From assembly GCA_030141605.1 (NCBI GenBank), contig JAQGDQ010000023.1, positions 372,001 through 436,000 of the forward strand: a stretch of DNA of 64,000 nt. Direction: 5' to 3'. Shown here piece after piece: positions 26,170 through 39,118 of this stretch; position 1 is the first letter of the stretch; every line of letters begins with the position of its first letter. Source of the stretch: Tubiluchus corallicola (lineage: Eukaryota > Animalia > Priapulida). The position numbers were made by a program, and so were the translations under genes. The notes beneath the pieces are model-generated. The model saw only the letters and a program-made list of their open reading frames with translations, was not told where the DNA came from and did no database searches.

Positions 26170-29100
26170 TTAAGAGCTAGCATCAGTAGGTGGTGTAGAG
26201 TGGGTGCTCTTCACCTTTGTACCATTAACATTTTCTACAGCTAGGGTTTGTATATTATCCCCGGACTGACGGGTAAGCTTCTTGACTCCAGCGCCATCTG
26301 CTAACTTTTCGCTGTTTTTGATGGGAGCTTGTGCACTTTGAATTGGCGGAAGGATCGACTTGCTTGATCGGCGAGGTTTTGGAGATCGAACACTTAGCTG
26401 CGTGTGGGAAAGAAATGAGGATAGATCAGGTGACACTGTCCTAGATGTGTGTGGAAGTGCTGAGGGGGCGCTCTGTGCTAGCAATGGTGTGGAAGACTGT
26501 CGTCCCGAAACATGCCGTACTGCAGGATTAGAAGGTTTTAATCTGGTGCTTTCTTGTTCTTGTAAATTTGCCCGCTTCCTGCACAAAAAGAAGTTCGGTT
26601 TTAAATTAGTTCTGTGCTGCTGTTTTACCTCGTACACATATATTTTCAGAAACCACTAGTCAGGTGGTAATATAAATAAAATTCAGAATAAAATGACACA
26701 CGTGTGCAATGCGTACATTGGTTGCGACTTGTTTTGTTTACAAACTGCATTTCTTTCCATTTCTGGGAACCTAACTAACCCAATACTTTGCTATTCAGAA
26801 ATTTTACCATCTCAGAAGTTTTGCTGTTTTATTTTTGACTGTTTAGTTTGATACAGTTTATTTTGCATATGCACTTTGGGTTATGATCAATTCAATTGTG
26901 AAATACCCTGAGCATTTATGCATTTAAATAACAGGCATAGGTTTAAAGAGTTCATCTTGTACATGCAAACTTTACGTCATTTGATCGGTTTGCAGTACCC
27001 TCAATGAAAATAATAGTTACATAAGTATAAATTATTATGCATAAGTAATTATAATATTTAGAAGCTAACTGGCATGCTTTCAATATTACTAATGAGGTCT
27101 ATTACCTAACTTAAGAATTGCTGTTAAAAAAGGTTGTAAAATGAAATTTCTCAAAAATCTCCCAATTCTTAGCTATGAAAATCAAAATTTGGTTAAGAAA
27201 ATCAAAAATTTTAGTTTTCAGAAAGTCGTCACAAATCTCTAAGATGCAGGAAGCACACTGATCCGACAGGATTCCAACATGAAGCACAATAGGGGCGGTC
27301 AAGATACTTCATGACTCAATAAATCTCAAATCTCAGTTTGCGCACATCTTCATTCCAATAGTAATAGCTGACACTGACACAGACAACTCCACTTTTAAAA
27401 ATGCAGCCATTCTAAGCTTTTCTTAAACAAAGCAAAGTGCCTGTTGCTAGTCCAGTAAATTCCTTTTGAGGCATTTTTGTACTAATGCGGAACTAATGTT
27501 TAGGAACTAAAACATAAACCTTTCTTAAGAATGCTACTTGGCTTGACTGGAGTGAGTTTTTCACTACAGTTTAGTACCCTGCGAGTTGAAATCCAGCACT
27601 CAATGGCTGAATCTACAATCTACTCAATGTGCATGAGCTGGAAACTCTCTCACTAAAGTTAATATTCTAAGATGAGACCTAAACCGGCAGAGAGGTATCT
27701 CTGTCGGCCCGCATTACAACACGTCCACCTTCAGTGAAGCAAATACCTATGGAAAGTAGGGGGACGAAACTATTTAGAACACTATTGAACCAGGTGGTCA
27801 TATGTCCATTCGCAGAACAATTTTAAGTGCCATAAGTATTTTTTAAAGCAAACAATATTATATTTTTAAAAAACAGATACCCTTGTCTGAGAAGAGAATG
27901 GCGAACTGGTGTGCGACTAGGCTTTGGCGTTTGTGGTGGAGCTGGCGATGACATTTTTGGTAGAGAAGGCGTCGCAGCCATTTCTGATGAACTACCCTCC
28001 AGTGATGATGTGCTGCCTATGTGCCGCAGGTTTGAATTACGTTTCTGCAAAACAATGGTATTAATCTTACAGGCAATATACTTTAATTTCATAATTATCA
28101 AGTTTCCAGTGGTGTCTTACTAAAAGGGACTGAAATGGTGCCTTGACGTTAAATTAATGAAACCTACAGCTCAGTTCATGTCAATTTGCACTTGTTCTGA
28201 TGAATATTGCTTAAATTTGCACATGATCTGGTCCGATCTGATCAGTCATTAGTCTTTAGGTATTACTGTTGCTAAATTTTGGCAGTTCATTTGACACTTT
28301 TTGCATTTCCTCTCATTATACTTAGAATGACATTGTAAATGTACAACTATCACTTTCAGCTGCAAGTTACAGCCTACCTTGCTCCTTTGCTCTCGGATCA
28401 TTAAAGTTCTGCTCTCATATGAAACTACTGCACTAAAGTGACTAAACTATTTTGGTGCCACAGTCAATTTTTATTACTCTAGAGTCTAGACTATCGTAAA
28501 GTTACATGGAAAATAAACATAAACTGAAAAGGTGATTTCTAAAAAGAAATCTATTTTAAATGGGACAAAACAACTTTTTTCATTTTGGTAAAAAGCTAAA
28601 ACTCTTGCAAATGTAAGAATACCTAAAACTGTTTAAATTATATCAAATGATCAGTCATGCGTGTCTGGAAATAATGCAGTAATGTATGCGTGCTGTATGC
28701 ATGACTTGTAGTGCAGAAACAGAATTCAGAAAAAAAATCAGTTTTTTACTTTATAAAACAAATATAAATATTTCAATCAATAACAATAACAAAATCAAAT
28801 CTAGAGATGCATTTGGGAGTATAGAACTGTTCAAAATCAAGCTTTTGGTTTTATTTCTATATCTTTGTTACCAGAAGTAACATTCTACTCTAATTTCATG
28901 TAGAATGCAGATTAGCGTATCCCGATATAAATGAAAAATTAAGGAACTTAGCATGCCCGAAATGAGGCATAGTTGTGACAATGTTAATTTGAAAACTGTG
29001 TTGCTCGCAGACAAATCACTACTGACAAAAACGACATTCTTAGTTCAGTATTTCTCTACAAGCAAATTATAGACAAACTGCCTGAAAACAAAGTGGCAAA

Positions 29101-32100
29101 TAAATTAAATGTTTATGCGAAGACAAATTTTCCTACCGGAGTCTGAGAGCTTGGACGAGCTTGCAACTTAGCTTGGTGCAGTTGCGTGGTTAAATATGCT
29201 ATCATGCTAGATTTTTGCTCCAGTTGTCTCTGCAGTACATTCATTTCTGATTTCACACCTTTTATTTCCTGCAATACAAAAACTGCACATTTCATTTCTC
29301 CCACTCCAGATGTACTGATACTAATCAAATGATTGGCAGATATATGCTATCTGGCCGGCTAGTGCACGGCTACAGTGATGGATTGAAGAACGGACAGACA
29401 GACAGATACGATGGATGGTTGTTTCAATTGCCCACAGCCAAACATTTTATTTATATAGAGCAGTTAGCAATTCATCTTCAAGGTTAAGTTGATTAGGAAA
29501 AACAGATAGATAGAAAAAACAGGAGCAGATACGATTTGATTTTGAACATAAGCAAGTTCACATTGTAACAAAGAAAGGATGGTGCTAATACGTTGTCGCA
29601 TAGTTGAGAAGAAAAATGTAAAAAAACAGTAGTAAGAGTAAAATTACTGAATTAAGTAACACGCTAGATGTCTACCCCATCGTGCTCCATTGCCGGTTGT
29701 CATTACGGAGCAGGTGCTGAGATGGAAGACGCACCTGCCCGTCAGCCCACTGAACCAGCGAGGCCATTCAATACTAGCTATTTATAGCTGCTATGCAACA
29801 CTGATATGCAATGGCTTCGTAATGGAGAGAACCATCACAACGTTGAGGGGGTCGAAAATAAATGTCATTTTGCCCCAGTAACAATATTATACTTTATATG
29901 CATCTACAATTTACAAAAATGTAAAAAACGAAAAGTAACAGTGCAAATAAATCACACAAACTTATATAAATACAAAAAATTACACTAATAATCTCAAGAG
30001 AGCCAGAAAAAGAGAAAGAGAAGAGAGAGAAAGAGTAAGAGAAAAAGAGAGGGGAGAGGGAATGTTGATAAGTTCTATACCTGTACAAACTGTTTTTCTT
30101 TTGCCTTCACTTGTTGTTCAAGGAGCCTCACACGACGGTCCCTCTTTTCAACTTCCTGTTGTAACTCTACCACTTTTTGCTGTTCATCTCTGAGTTGCTG
30201 TTCCAATGCATCCACTTGTCTTTTTTGAAAATCTGTAAGATAAAATCAAAACTTATAAGTGCAAATAAATGGCTTAAAGCAGAATCATAGTAATGCAATA
30301 ATTAAACAAGTTTTTTTATTATTTGTGGTCAAATAATCAATTACGGATGATTACCAATTTAGCATAGATGTAAATGTAATTAAAATCCAATACCAGAAAA
30401 GTAACCTACTTAATAGTAATTGTAAGCATTTACTAGTAGTCTTGATGTAATAAAAGTTTGCAGTTGATTACTACACATTGTTGATTCAAGTATTAGTTAA
30501 AGGTATGTTAAGTATAAACAACTTTCAAACAGTAGTTTGTGTCTATGCTAAAAAATCATCTAACTTTTATTAGTCCCTAGCATGTAATGTCCCAATGTAT
30601 TTTGCGTGCTAACTCCACTGTATGTACTTCTAATATCTTATGCAATTATCTTGCAAGTAGAACAGTGGGGTTACTTTTTCTTTAAAGTGATTAAGGGAGT
30701 TAGACTAAAATTTGCTTGAAAATAAGACAGTGCTCTTCTGAGATTTGCCATGGTCATAATCTTAAAGGAAAAAGTTAAAATGCCCATAAATCTCAAAAAA
30801 TTCTTTATTTTTTCTTCATCAGCTGCACAGAAAGATAAAATAATAAAAAATTACGGATGAAACTAAATATAAATTAAAGGTGTGCAATGTCAGTAAACCA
30901 CCTTTCCCTAACTATTTAAGGAAAGCAATAAAAAAATAATCAAGTTCATTTAATGTTACCGAATTTTTTGTTGCTGTCTCAAACAAAAGTATGACATAAT
31001 TTTTCAGCAATGCCAACACGTAGAACTGTTGCATTAGTGAGCACAGAATTTCTTATCAGAGATGTTTGGCAAATTACTTGCCACTTTAGTTTACTCTTAA
31101 CAGGTATCTCACCTTGACTTGTCAGTATTACAGCACACTAGGATCACTTTACAAAATATCAACAAGTTTGTTTAATTAAATATACTTTCACCAACTAAAC
31201 AGAGGCAATTGAGAAGCCAGTTGTCTAAAAGTTTCATTCATTTCAACTATAATATGTTCGCACTTACATATTTGCCTGATGCCCAAATCATAATCAATAA
31301 AACAGACTAGCTTTATGCAAGTAACACCAAAAAATAAATTTTAACTATTGAAAATGCAATGCTACCAGCGCATATTCACCAAAACCTTACCGTTAAGTGC
31401 CAAGTTATGACTTCTTGATAAAGATGTAACGTTGAAATATCGATCATAAATATATCTACTACTACTGCAAGTTTCTAAGTTCAAGAAGAGTTTTGTTTGT
31501 TTCAGTATTCAGTTTATTTGTTTGAGATTAATAAGTATCTCCTTAGTAACTCAGTAACTATTTCACCACAAGCATGGCTATTTTGTTGCTTCATCTACTT
31601 TACATATTAGTAATTGACTATATTTTAAGGCTATTTCACTCATGTGAATAACTGAAGACATTAAATAGTCATTGAAAATGGCACTTCAATACTAAATGGT
31701 TCTAAATTAAAAAGAAAATGAATAAGAAGCAAATAACTTGTCATTTGTACTTACTGTCATCTACATCAGCTGAAGTATTGTGCATAGCTAGCTTGAACGT
31801 TAGTTCTAGAAAAATTGAAGAGAGCATTATTGTAGTATAAAAGATTAAAATATCACCTAAATTCATGTAGCTGGATATAGAATTAGAATAAAGGATATAT
31901 CATCATCAGTTTCAGCACTGCAGTTTCCTGGAAAATACTGATTTATTAAACACTATATATTGATAATACTGTCTTCATCAGGTGTAAGTTGAAACAAAAT
32001 AAAATAAAATTTATACACAGGCTTCTAAGATGTAAGATACCAGGAGAAATTTAAAACTTTAGTAAATATTGGGTTAAGTTATAAAGCAAAGCATAACATA

Positions 32101-33167
32101 ACATAACATAATTTACTATCACCTACATAAAAGATCAAAAAGTATGTATAATGAAATTTTGAAAAATCATATAATAGGGATTTGTGCATCTTCGATGTAT
32201 AGAAATTTTCAAGTTACATTAAAAAGCAAACATTTTCTTAAAAACTGAGCTAATTCACAGAACAGTTAATTAATTCTTCTAGTTCAGGAGTGTCCAACAT
32301 ACGGCCCGCGGGCCAGAATCAGGCCCGCCATGCGTTTCTATCCGGCCCGCGAAGTTTCTCTTATTTTGTCAAAATTACAGACGAACATTTGGCAGCTTCA
32401 TTGCGCATTGCGACTCCTACTGTTGGAGCAGACATAGACTACTTGTGCAAACAAAAGCAGTGCCAGATTTCACATTAAACTGATCAAAAGCATAAACTTA
32501 CAAGACTGTCTCTTCTAGCTTAAATGTAACATAAAATGTATTTTGTGCTTCATTGTCTTTTTGTGGTTGTGAAATTGCTAATCTGGCCCGCGACTACTTT
32601 GAAGGTTGTACACTTGGCCCTCAGTTCAAAAAGGTTGGACACCCCTGTTCTAGTTGAACAGAATAATTAATAAAGAAGAAAATAAAATAAAATGACCTTG
32701 CCGTTGTGTAAAACCACGTAAGGGAAAGTAATAGTTGCTAGTCAAGTCAATAATAAATAAACTCTTTATTTCATATTGAAAGTAAGGGAAAGTAATAGTT
32801 GCTAGTCAAGTAAATAATAAATAAACTCTTTATTTCATATTGAAGATACAGTACCTCAGAAAATAGAATACAATTAAATTACAATACAATCAAGTTCATA
32901 TCTAAAATAATATCTACAATATCACACAATGCAATAAAAATATACAATGGAGAACTAAAAAACATTATGGTTGCACTACCACATGGAAGGTTGTGGTCAA
33001 CGTAATGTAATGGCTGTGACATGAGACTAGAAAAATGTTGACTAACCTGAACAACGTCGCTGAAGATGCTCAACTTCCAGATGAAGGCCTTTCAAAGTCT
33101 GTGCATGCTCTTGTTGCATAAACAAAATCGCCTTCTCTGCACTGATTAGTCGATTTTGCAGGTCCAT
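26170..33167 (-). CDS. CCDC92: Coiled-coil domain-containing protein 92-like; 342 aa, 6 coding exons
   Basis: Exons 33047-33167, 31755-31805, 30081-30232, 29137-29268, 27881-28044 and 26170-26578 are all GT-AG, in phase, and total 1029 nt. N-terminus MDLQNRLISAEKAILFMQQEHAQTLKGLHLEVEHLQRRCSELTFKL matches the CCDC92/74 N-terminal domain; IAYLTTQLH, LPPI and TLAV motifs follow. The ATG directly follows an AG acceptor, so an upstream exon probably exists. Confidence 0.88.
32285..32647. mobile_element. hAT (Charlie-like) MITE in a CCDC92 intron
   Basis: TIRs CAGGAGTGTCCAAC / GTTGGACACCCCTG, perfect 8-bp TSD TTCTAGTT (32277-32284 and 32648-32655), and subterminal GGCCCG repeats. Confidence 0.9.
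32718..32843. repeat. 64-bp tandem duplication (2 copies)
   Basis: GTAAGGGAAAGTAATAGTTGCTAGTCAAGT[C/A]AATAATAAATAAACTCTTTATTTCATATTGAA starts at 32718 and again at 32782. Confidence 0.9.
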
Positions 33168-35570
33168 CTGTGTCGAAAATTAAGGTAAATCAGGAAATTT
33201 ACAACCCAAAACTGGATGTCGACTAAGATTCCCAGGACAACTCACAAATAAAATTTTATTAAGGTTTCTGGTCAGAATGGTCCCGAAGTGTCATTTAAGT
33301 AATTTCGTGATACCATGTTAAAACAATGCTCTTCAAATTATAGCTTCATATTTCACAACACTGACAAACAAGTTATTTGTCGCCAAATACTTACCATGTA
33401 AATTTGGTTAACACCACTGTAGGCACTGTTTGAAAACTTTTTTACAATCTATAAATATTCTACATAGAGTCTGCCAGCATAAATGGCCTAATTTATATAA
33501 TAGTTAACTGAATGTAAATCTTATCGGTTGGATTTGCCAAAAATGTTGGAGTACATCACCACGTGTACAGTGCAGAGTGGCTATAATTTGTTCAAATTAA
33601 TTTAATGTTCTGTGCAACAGTATTGTAATTTTAAACTTGATGCTGAGTCAATATGGCCAAAATCAGAGTCTAATCTAAGTCAAGTTTGTAATCAAAAAGC
33701 TCATGATTTAAACAATTCTCAAATTCCTGTTTAATGATGATAAATGTAATTTGTTAACTCAATTTGTATTAAAAGTAAAATAAACAAAAATCTGAATCTG
33801 TTCTTGTTAATTTGGAGTTACTGTGGTTACTACCCTGGGCAAGCAGTTCAGTTTTGTCGACTGAGACAGCTACAACTTCTGGTCCATTTATCAAATTAAG
33901 TATGGAGAGCAGATTTATTGTGGTTGATGTCTAACTTAAATCTCTCAAGCCTAACAGTTGATCCATGACTGAACTTAAGGCACATTCAGCACATTCCAAG
34001 CTTGCAGTCTACAGACTTTTTACACTTATTCTTAGCTCCATGAGATAGAGAACATGTCAGATTCCAAAAAGTAATTTGTAAATGTCTGTGAACAATAGCA
34101 GCAACACAAGATGGAGTGAACCAAGACTGAGAGTTTAACAGAACCAAACATGGTGTGAATTTATCTGTGCCATTTTAAACAACTGAGATACCTCATCTGT
34201 AGCTTTTGGAAGTATCAAGTGAGCAGATATGATTCCAGGATACATCAGCAGGAATCGAATGAAAAGAATCTGAGTCAGTTTTATCACCAGCAAGAGACTG
34301 TTCAATGAAACGGCTGGGAACCTCCCAGAAATGGCATAACTCTAAGACGGTCAAATGAGAAGCAGATCCGAGTCATAGGAGTGCTTCTTCAATATGTTCA
34401 TCCAGATTAGAGCAAAGAATGATGCCAGTCGAATAATGTTCATCTGTAGCACAACCAAGAGTCTGAGTGGAGCCTTTGGCAATTTAAGGCAGGTCATGTG
34501 ATGAGGCAAAGTTGAAGGTTGCAGTATTAGAAAGTTCGAATGTGTAAGAATCCTAAATTGGTCACCACGATGACAATTAAATCTCCAAAAACCGTAATGG
34601 TTGACAGACATAGATAAAGGTCTTGTTAGTAATGGACTACAAGGGTGTGCATTCCCTATCAGAAACCGCATTCAAATCGAATTTTCGGGTTTCGAACTCA
34701 ACTGAGACCTAATTTCAAGATTTCGAATCCGAATCAAATTCAATTTTAAAAACTTTCTAATAAATTTTCCAATCATAAATAAAAAGCAGTCTTGCAAAGA
34801 TCATGTGTATTTTGCTCTGCAGTAAAAGTAACAATGATTTGTTTAAAAATTGTGCACAGAAATCGCACTAAATTATGCTGATTGCATGCTGTTCCAAACA
34901 CTTCAGTGATAAAGAACATATGTAGTTGCGGTGGTCAATTATTTAAATTCATAATTTTAGGTTCAAGTGGAATTCAAATTAAAAAAACTCATTCGTTTGG
35001 CTGAATAAAATATGGTGGGGCAGAATGTAGTAAAATTTCGTCCATTGTATGTGTATGTTATATTTGATGCATTGGTTCGACACTGTAAACTATTCAATTA
35101 TTAATGCTTATCTTTTCGAGTGTAATTACATCATATGTTGGTAAAATAAAAAAATGATTATTAGTATTACAATAAAAAGTATAATTTTTCATAAAGGCAT
35201 GTGCCAACAAAACTAACATGTCTTTGTAAGTTTGAATGACGAATAAAGCACTGAGCATTGGATGGGGAGTATATATTATAAAATCGCCTTTTTATACCGT
35301 TAGTTTTCTAGCATTACTTTTTTTATTTTAGTAAAACAGACAGTGTACTACTACTAGGCCTATCATTTCTTAATTATTAAAAACTTGTTACCACATACCC
35401 GTTCGTTTTAGTTAAATTTATTTCGGATGCACATAACAGATAGCTACAGCAACGCGCAGCAATTCCTATTTTTTCCAAATCTCAAAAAAGTCATAATTCG
35501 CTTGGACGCTATTATTGTTGCTAGCGATACTCGCACTCCACTGCTGTCGTGAGAAAATTTTTCTGTCTCT

Positions 35571-35641
35571 GGCGCCCTCTAGGTTCGAGTGTCTGTATCA
35601 TTGTACTGAACTATTGTAATAATGGCTCGTAGGTGGCGCTA
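35571..35641. promoter_or_regulatory. Divergent pair of CTCF-like motifs between the CCDC92 and SLC13 5' ends
   Basis: Minus-strand ACCTAGAGGGCGCC (35571-35584) and plus-strand CTCGTAGGTGGCGCTA (35626-35641) resemble the CTCF core YAGRKGGCGC. Confidence 0.3.
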
Positions 35642-38600
35642 CAAACAATAAACTATAAAAATCTTATTAAAACCGAAATAGCATTATATTCATTTTAAAT
35701 CCTGATAAAACACTAAAAATTTAATTCACTACAAAAAACCATGTAGTTAAAATGTGTTTTTTATTTTAATCGACTACTTTTTCAGTGCACAGTTTTACTT
35801 TTCCCTATAATTACTTTTTGCTCTAGTTCTTACGAGAGGAGGATAAATTTTATACAACTTATACCAATAACTTTAAATGATGAGGTAGCTCAATAGTTTT
35901 TGATAGTGTAAAATTCCCACTGGATTATTTTTATATTGCTGCATTTAATGATTACTTCCGCTTTTGAGGATCGTGCACCTAAATGCCTGCAAGCCGTCTG
36001 TTGAAATTAGCACTCGCGATCTAGTAACGTCAGTGTTTACTCGGCTGGAACTGCTGCTTTAATTATTCGTCTTTCATATAACATTAGATCAAGACCGAGA
36101 GTTTTACTTATCTTGTAATGCTTCATACACGGCACTGTGCTTCTAGCATGTGTGGCTTTATGAAATAGGCCTACATTTTAGCTATGATTGCAAAAAACTG
36201 TTTGAAATTTTCAATATTCTTATACTTTCCTATATTTACAATGTATGTTCTTATGTATTCCTTTGTGGCATTTTGGAAAATAAAATAAACAGTAAAAAAT
36301 AAAAAATGCTAAGATTGCTAACTGAGCTTATGATCGGTGCGATATTTCTTAAAGAAATATATATCTTTGTCACTGTATAATAACCTTTATATTACATATT
36401 ATGTCTATAACTTAATTTGTAGGTTCTATTCCATTTACAAATGATCTTGCAGTAAAGTTCAAGTCGGTTTTGTCGTCTTATAGATAGATACGCTTTTGAA
36501 AACTGTATGTGTACAGATTTTTGATACATGTATGATTGGTATAAATTATAACTAAAGTTGGTAGGTTTTATTTCTTAGCTTGTCTTTGCAATACATCCGT
36601 AGTTGTGACTGCCACATTTCGTATCATTTATCATTCGTTAGCTATCGGCTTTGATTCTCCTTGCTACGGCGAGGAAGTAAAACTCCGGATTTTTTTTAGG
36701 GTCCTGTATATGCTACAAACGCCGCAGTAATTTAATCCGGCCCGTAAGACTGATATGTTCTTATCAGGGCATTGTCAGTAGAAAAGAATTGAATGAAAAA
36801 TTATTACCATGGTTTATTTAAACCACATGCAGCAGTTGAACCACGAAAAGAAGATGACATTATCTCTGGTCTGAGCACGTAAAATAAAATTAATGGAAAT
36901 CAAATGGCCGGCATATTTTAATGTGGAGGCTTGCCTTCTTGAACAAATGAGCTTGACGAGTTGCAACTTGCCAGACAAAAAAATCTGATATATCAGCAGC
37001 TACACGCATGCCTGCTTGCCTGACTGTTTTCGCTTCAAGCGCAGCATGGCAGAGTGCCAAAAAAGGCGTGTCAATTTTGACGAATCACAAGACTGGTGAC
37101 GCGGGTGTGTGCGTTGGCGCGACGCGGCAGCTTGCTGATGCTTACGATAAACAGATAGTGAACGTGAACGAAAGGTCTTTGTCAGTGTTTTTAGTAATTT
37201 CTTCGACAGTATTTTTTTAATTAATACAGCTTACCGCATAGTTGTTTCGGTACCTTTGATTGTTGGAGTACTCTAGAACCTCAGTAGCTACTGTTAGCAT
37301 TTGTGTTTTTAGTTAACTTGTGAACGTTGCTGGTTTAATGCTGAATTTAATCCTTATAGTTATACATGTACATGGTGTTAATTTTTTGTCTCCCGAAATT
37401 GTAATTTGTTGAATCTAGTCAACAAGATAAAATTTTCGTTGTAAAGTAATTGATCTCTTTCAATTAAATATTTTCAAAGTAATTAACTTTGACGGCGTGT
37501 GAATTGAATTTAGTTTTGATTAACTAATGGTTTATTAAACAATGTAGTGCTAGTCACATGTAACTGAAGAGGTAGTCTTCTCAATAGTTTATTTGTGGCG
37601 TTTATTTATAAAATGAGAGTTCCTTCACTTATTATACTTGTAAACGTTAAACTTAGCAATAAGACTTCTGTACCTGATGCACGTATTATATGAATGCGTA
37701 ATAGTGTCAGTGAGATAGGTTTCTAGTTTCGTTACCACTTACCATACTTACCAGATTAATTATTCTAAATAAGTACAGAATTTTTTACGTTGCCAGTGTT
37801 TGGATTAGTAAAATGAAAGTAGCGAAACAAGAAAACGAATGCTGTCTATCTCAGATTTATGATACCTTTTATTTTAAATTGTTACCACCAAACTTTGGCG
37901 AAATACGGCAGCTGCTGGGCTTGCCAAGACAATGTGTTCAAGCTTGCACAAAACTAGTTAAGCCCATTGCAGTTTTAGTTTACTGTACCTAGAAGTTAGT
38001 TTAATTACCAATCAGTAGGTGAAAAGCATGTTTGGAACATGACATACTTTTACAAACTAGAGTTTAATTTAACGTGTGTAACCATGAAATTGTACTCGTT
38101 ATGTATTAAGGTGTACTATAGCCGCCAGGTTCATTCATTACTGTTTATTTATGGTGTTTCTTTATATTATAATAAATTATAGTAGCATATGTAAATGTAT
38201 TCATTTGTATTATTAGTGGAACAAGCCAGTTAGATTCATAAAATTTTTAAAAGTTACATTAATTTTGAGTAAGACGTGATTTCTTTGACTTGTAAACGAA
38301 TGTTACTAAAAGCCTTTCATACAAAAGCATATTATAGGCGTAATTTTGGCGTGCATACAGTAGTTTTGGCGCTAGTGCTGCAATGTTTATTTTGAAGGTG
38401 AAGCTCTTGGCATGGTGCCCTTGCACTGTGCTTTTATGGCTTCCTTGGACGAATTTAGTGCACTGACGTTTGGGGTTTCAGTCTTGTGACTATACCAGCG
38501 CCAACGCTTGAGCTATATTTACTAAGACAGTTAAAGAGACCCGTACAAAAAGCAATAGCTATATGCTGTCTGTGATGTATTTATACAATGTACGTGTAAT

Positions 38601-39118
38601 TGCGCTGTAGATTTGTGTAAACTTAGGTAATGTATTTGAAACTCCAGTTTGTATGTTTCTTACACCTTTTATATAAATGTTTTTGATAGAAAGATACTGC
38701 AAAACTTCATAAATTCATTTTGGTTCAACTCTTCCTTTATCTCAGTAAAAATACTATATACATGCAATAAAAGAAAACGTTCATGACTATGCAGACTATG
38801 CGGCGCAGGATAAAACTCGGTCCATTTGTTGTGTCTGAAGTTTTTGTTTTGTTAGCTTTATGGTTATGTTGTTTCCAATTGTGTTTCAGCGAAATTTGGA
38901 CATTTTAAATCAGCGGGACATTTAATATCTAAGCTTACATATAATTCATTATATATTAACATGTCTGTAATTATGTTTTTTGTTACAGAAAATAAGAGAG
39001 TTAGCTCTAAGGCTGATTTTGAAGTAGAAGGTTAAAAGGTATTCTGCTGAATTCTGAAGGTGCCCTCCAGTAGATCTGTAGCAAAGCTAGCATTAGTCAG
39101 TAACAGATCTGCCAGAAA

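Noticed and set aside
31391-31464. Extra CCDC92 exon (CAG acceptor, GTAAG donor on the minus strand)
   Set aside because: Possible lengths (74/71/68/65 nt) are not multiples of three, and the flanking exons already join in frame.
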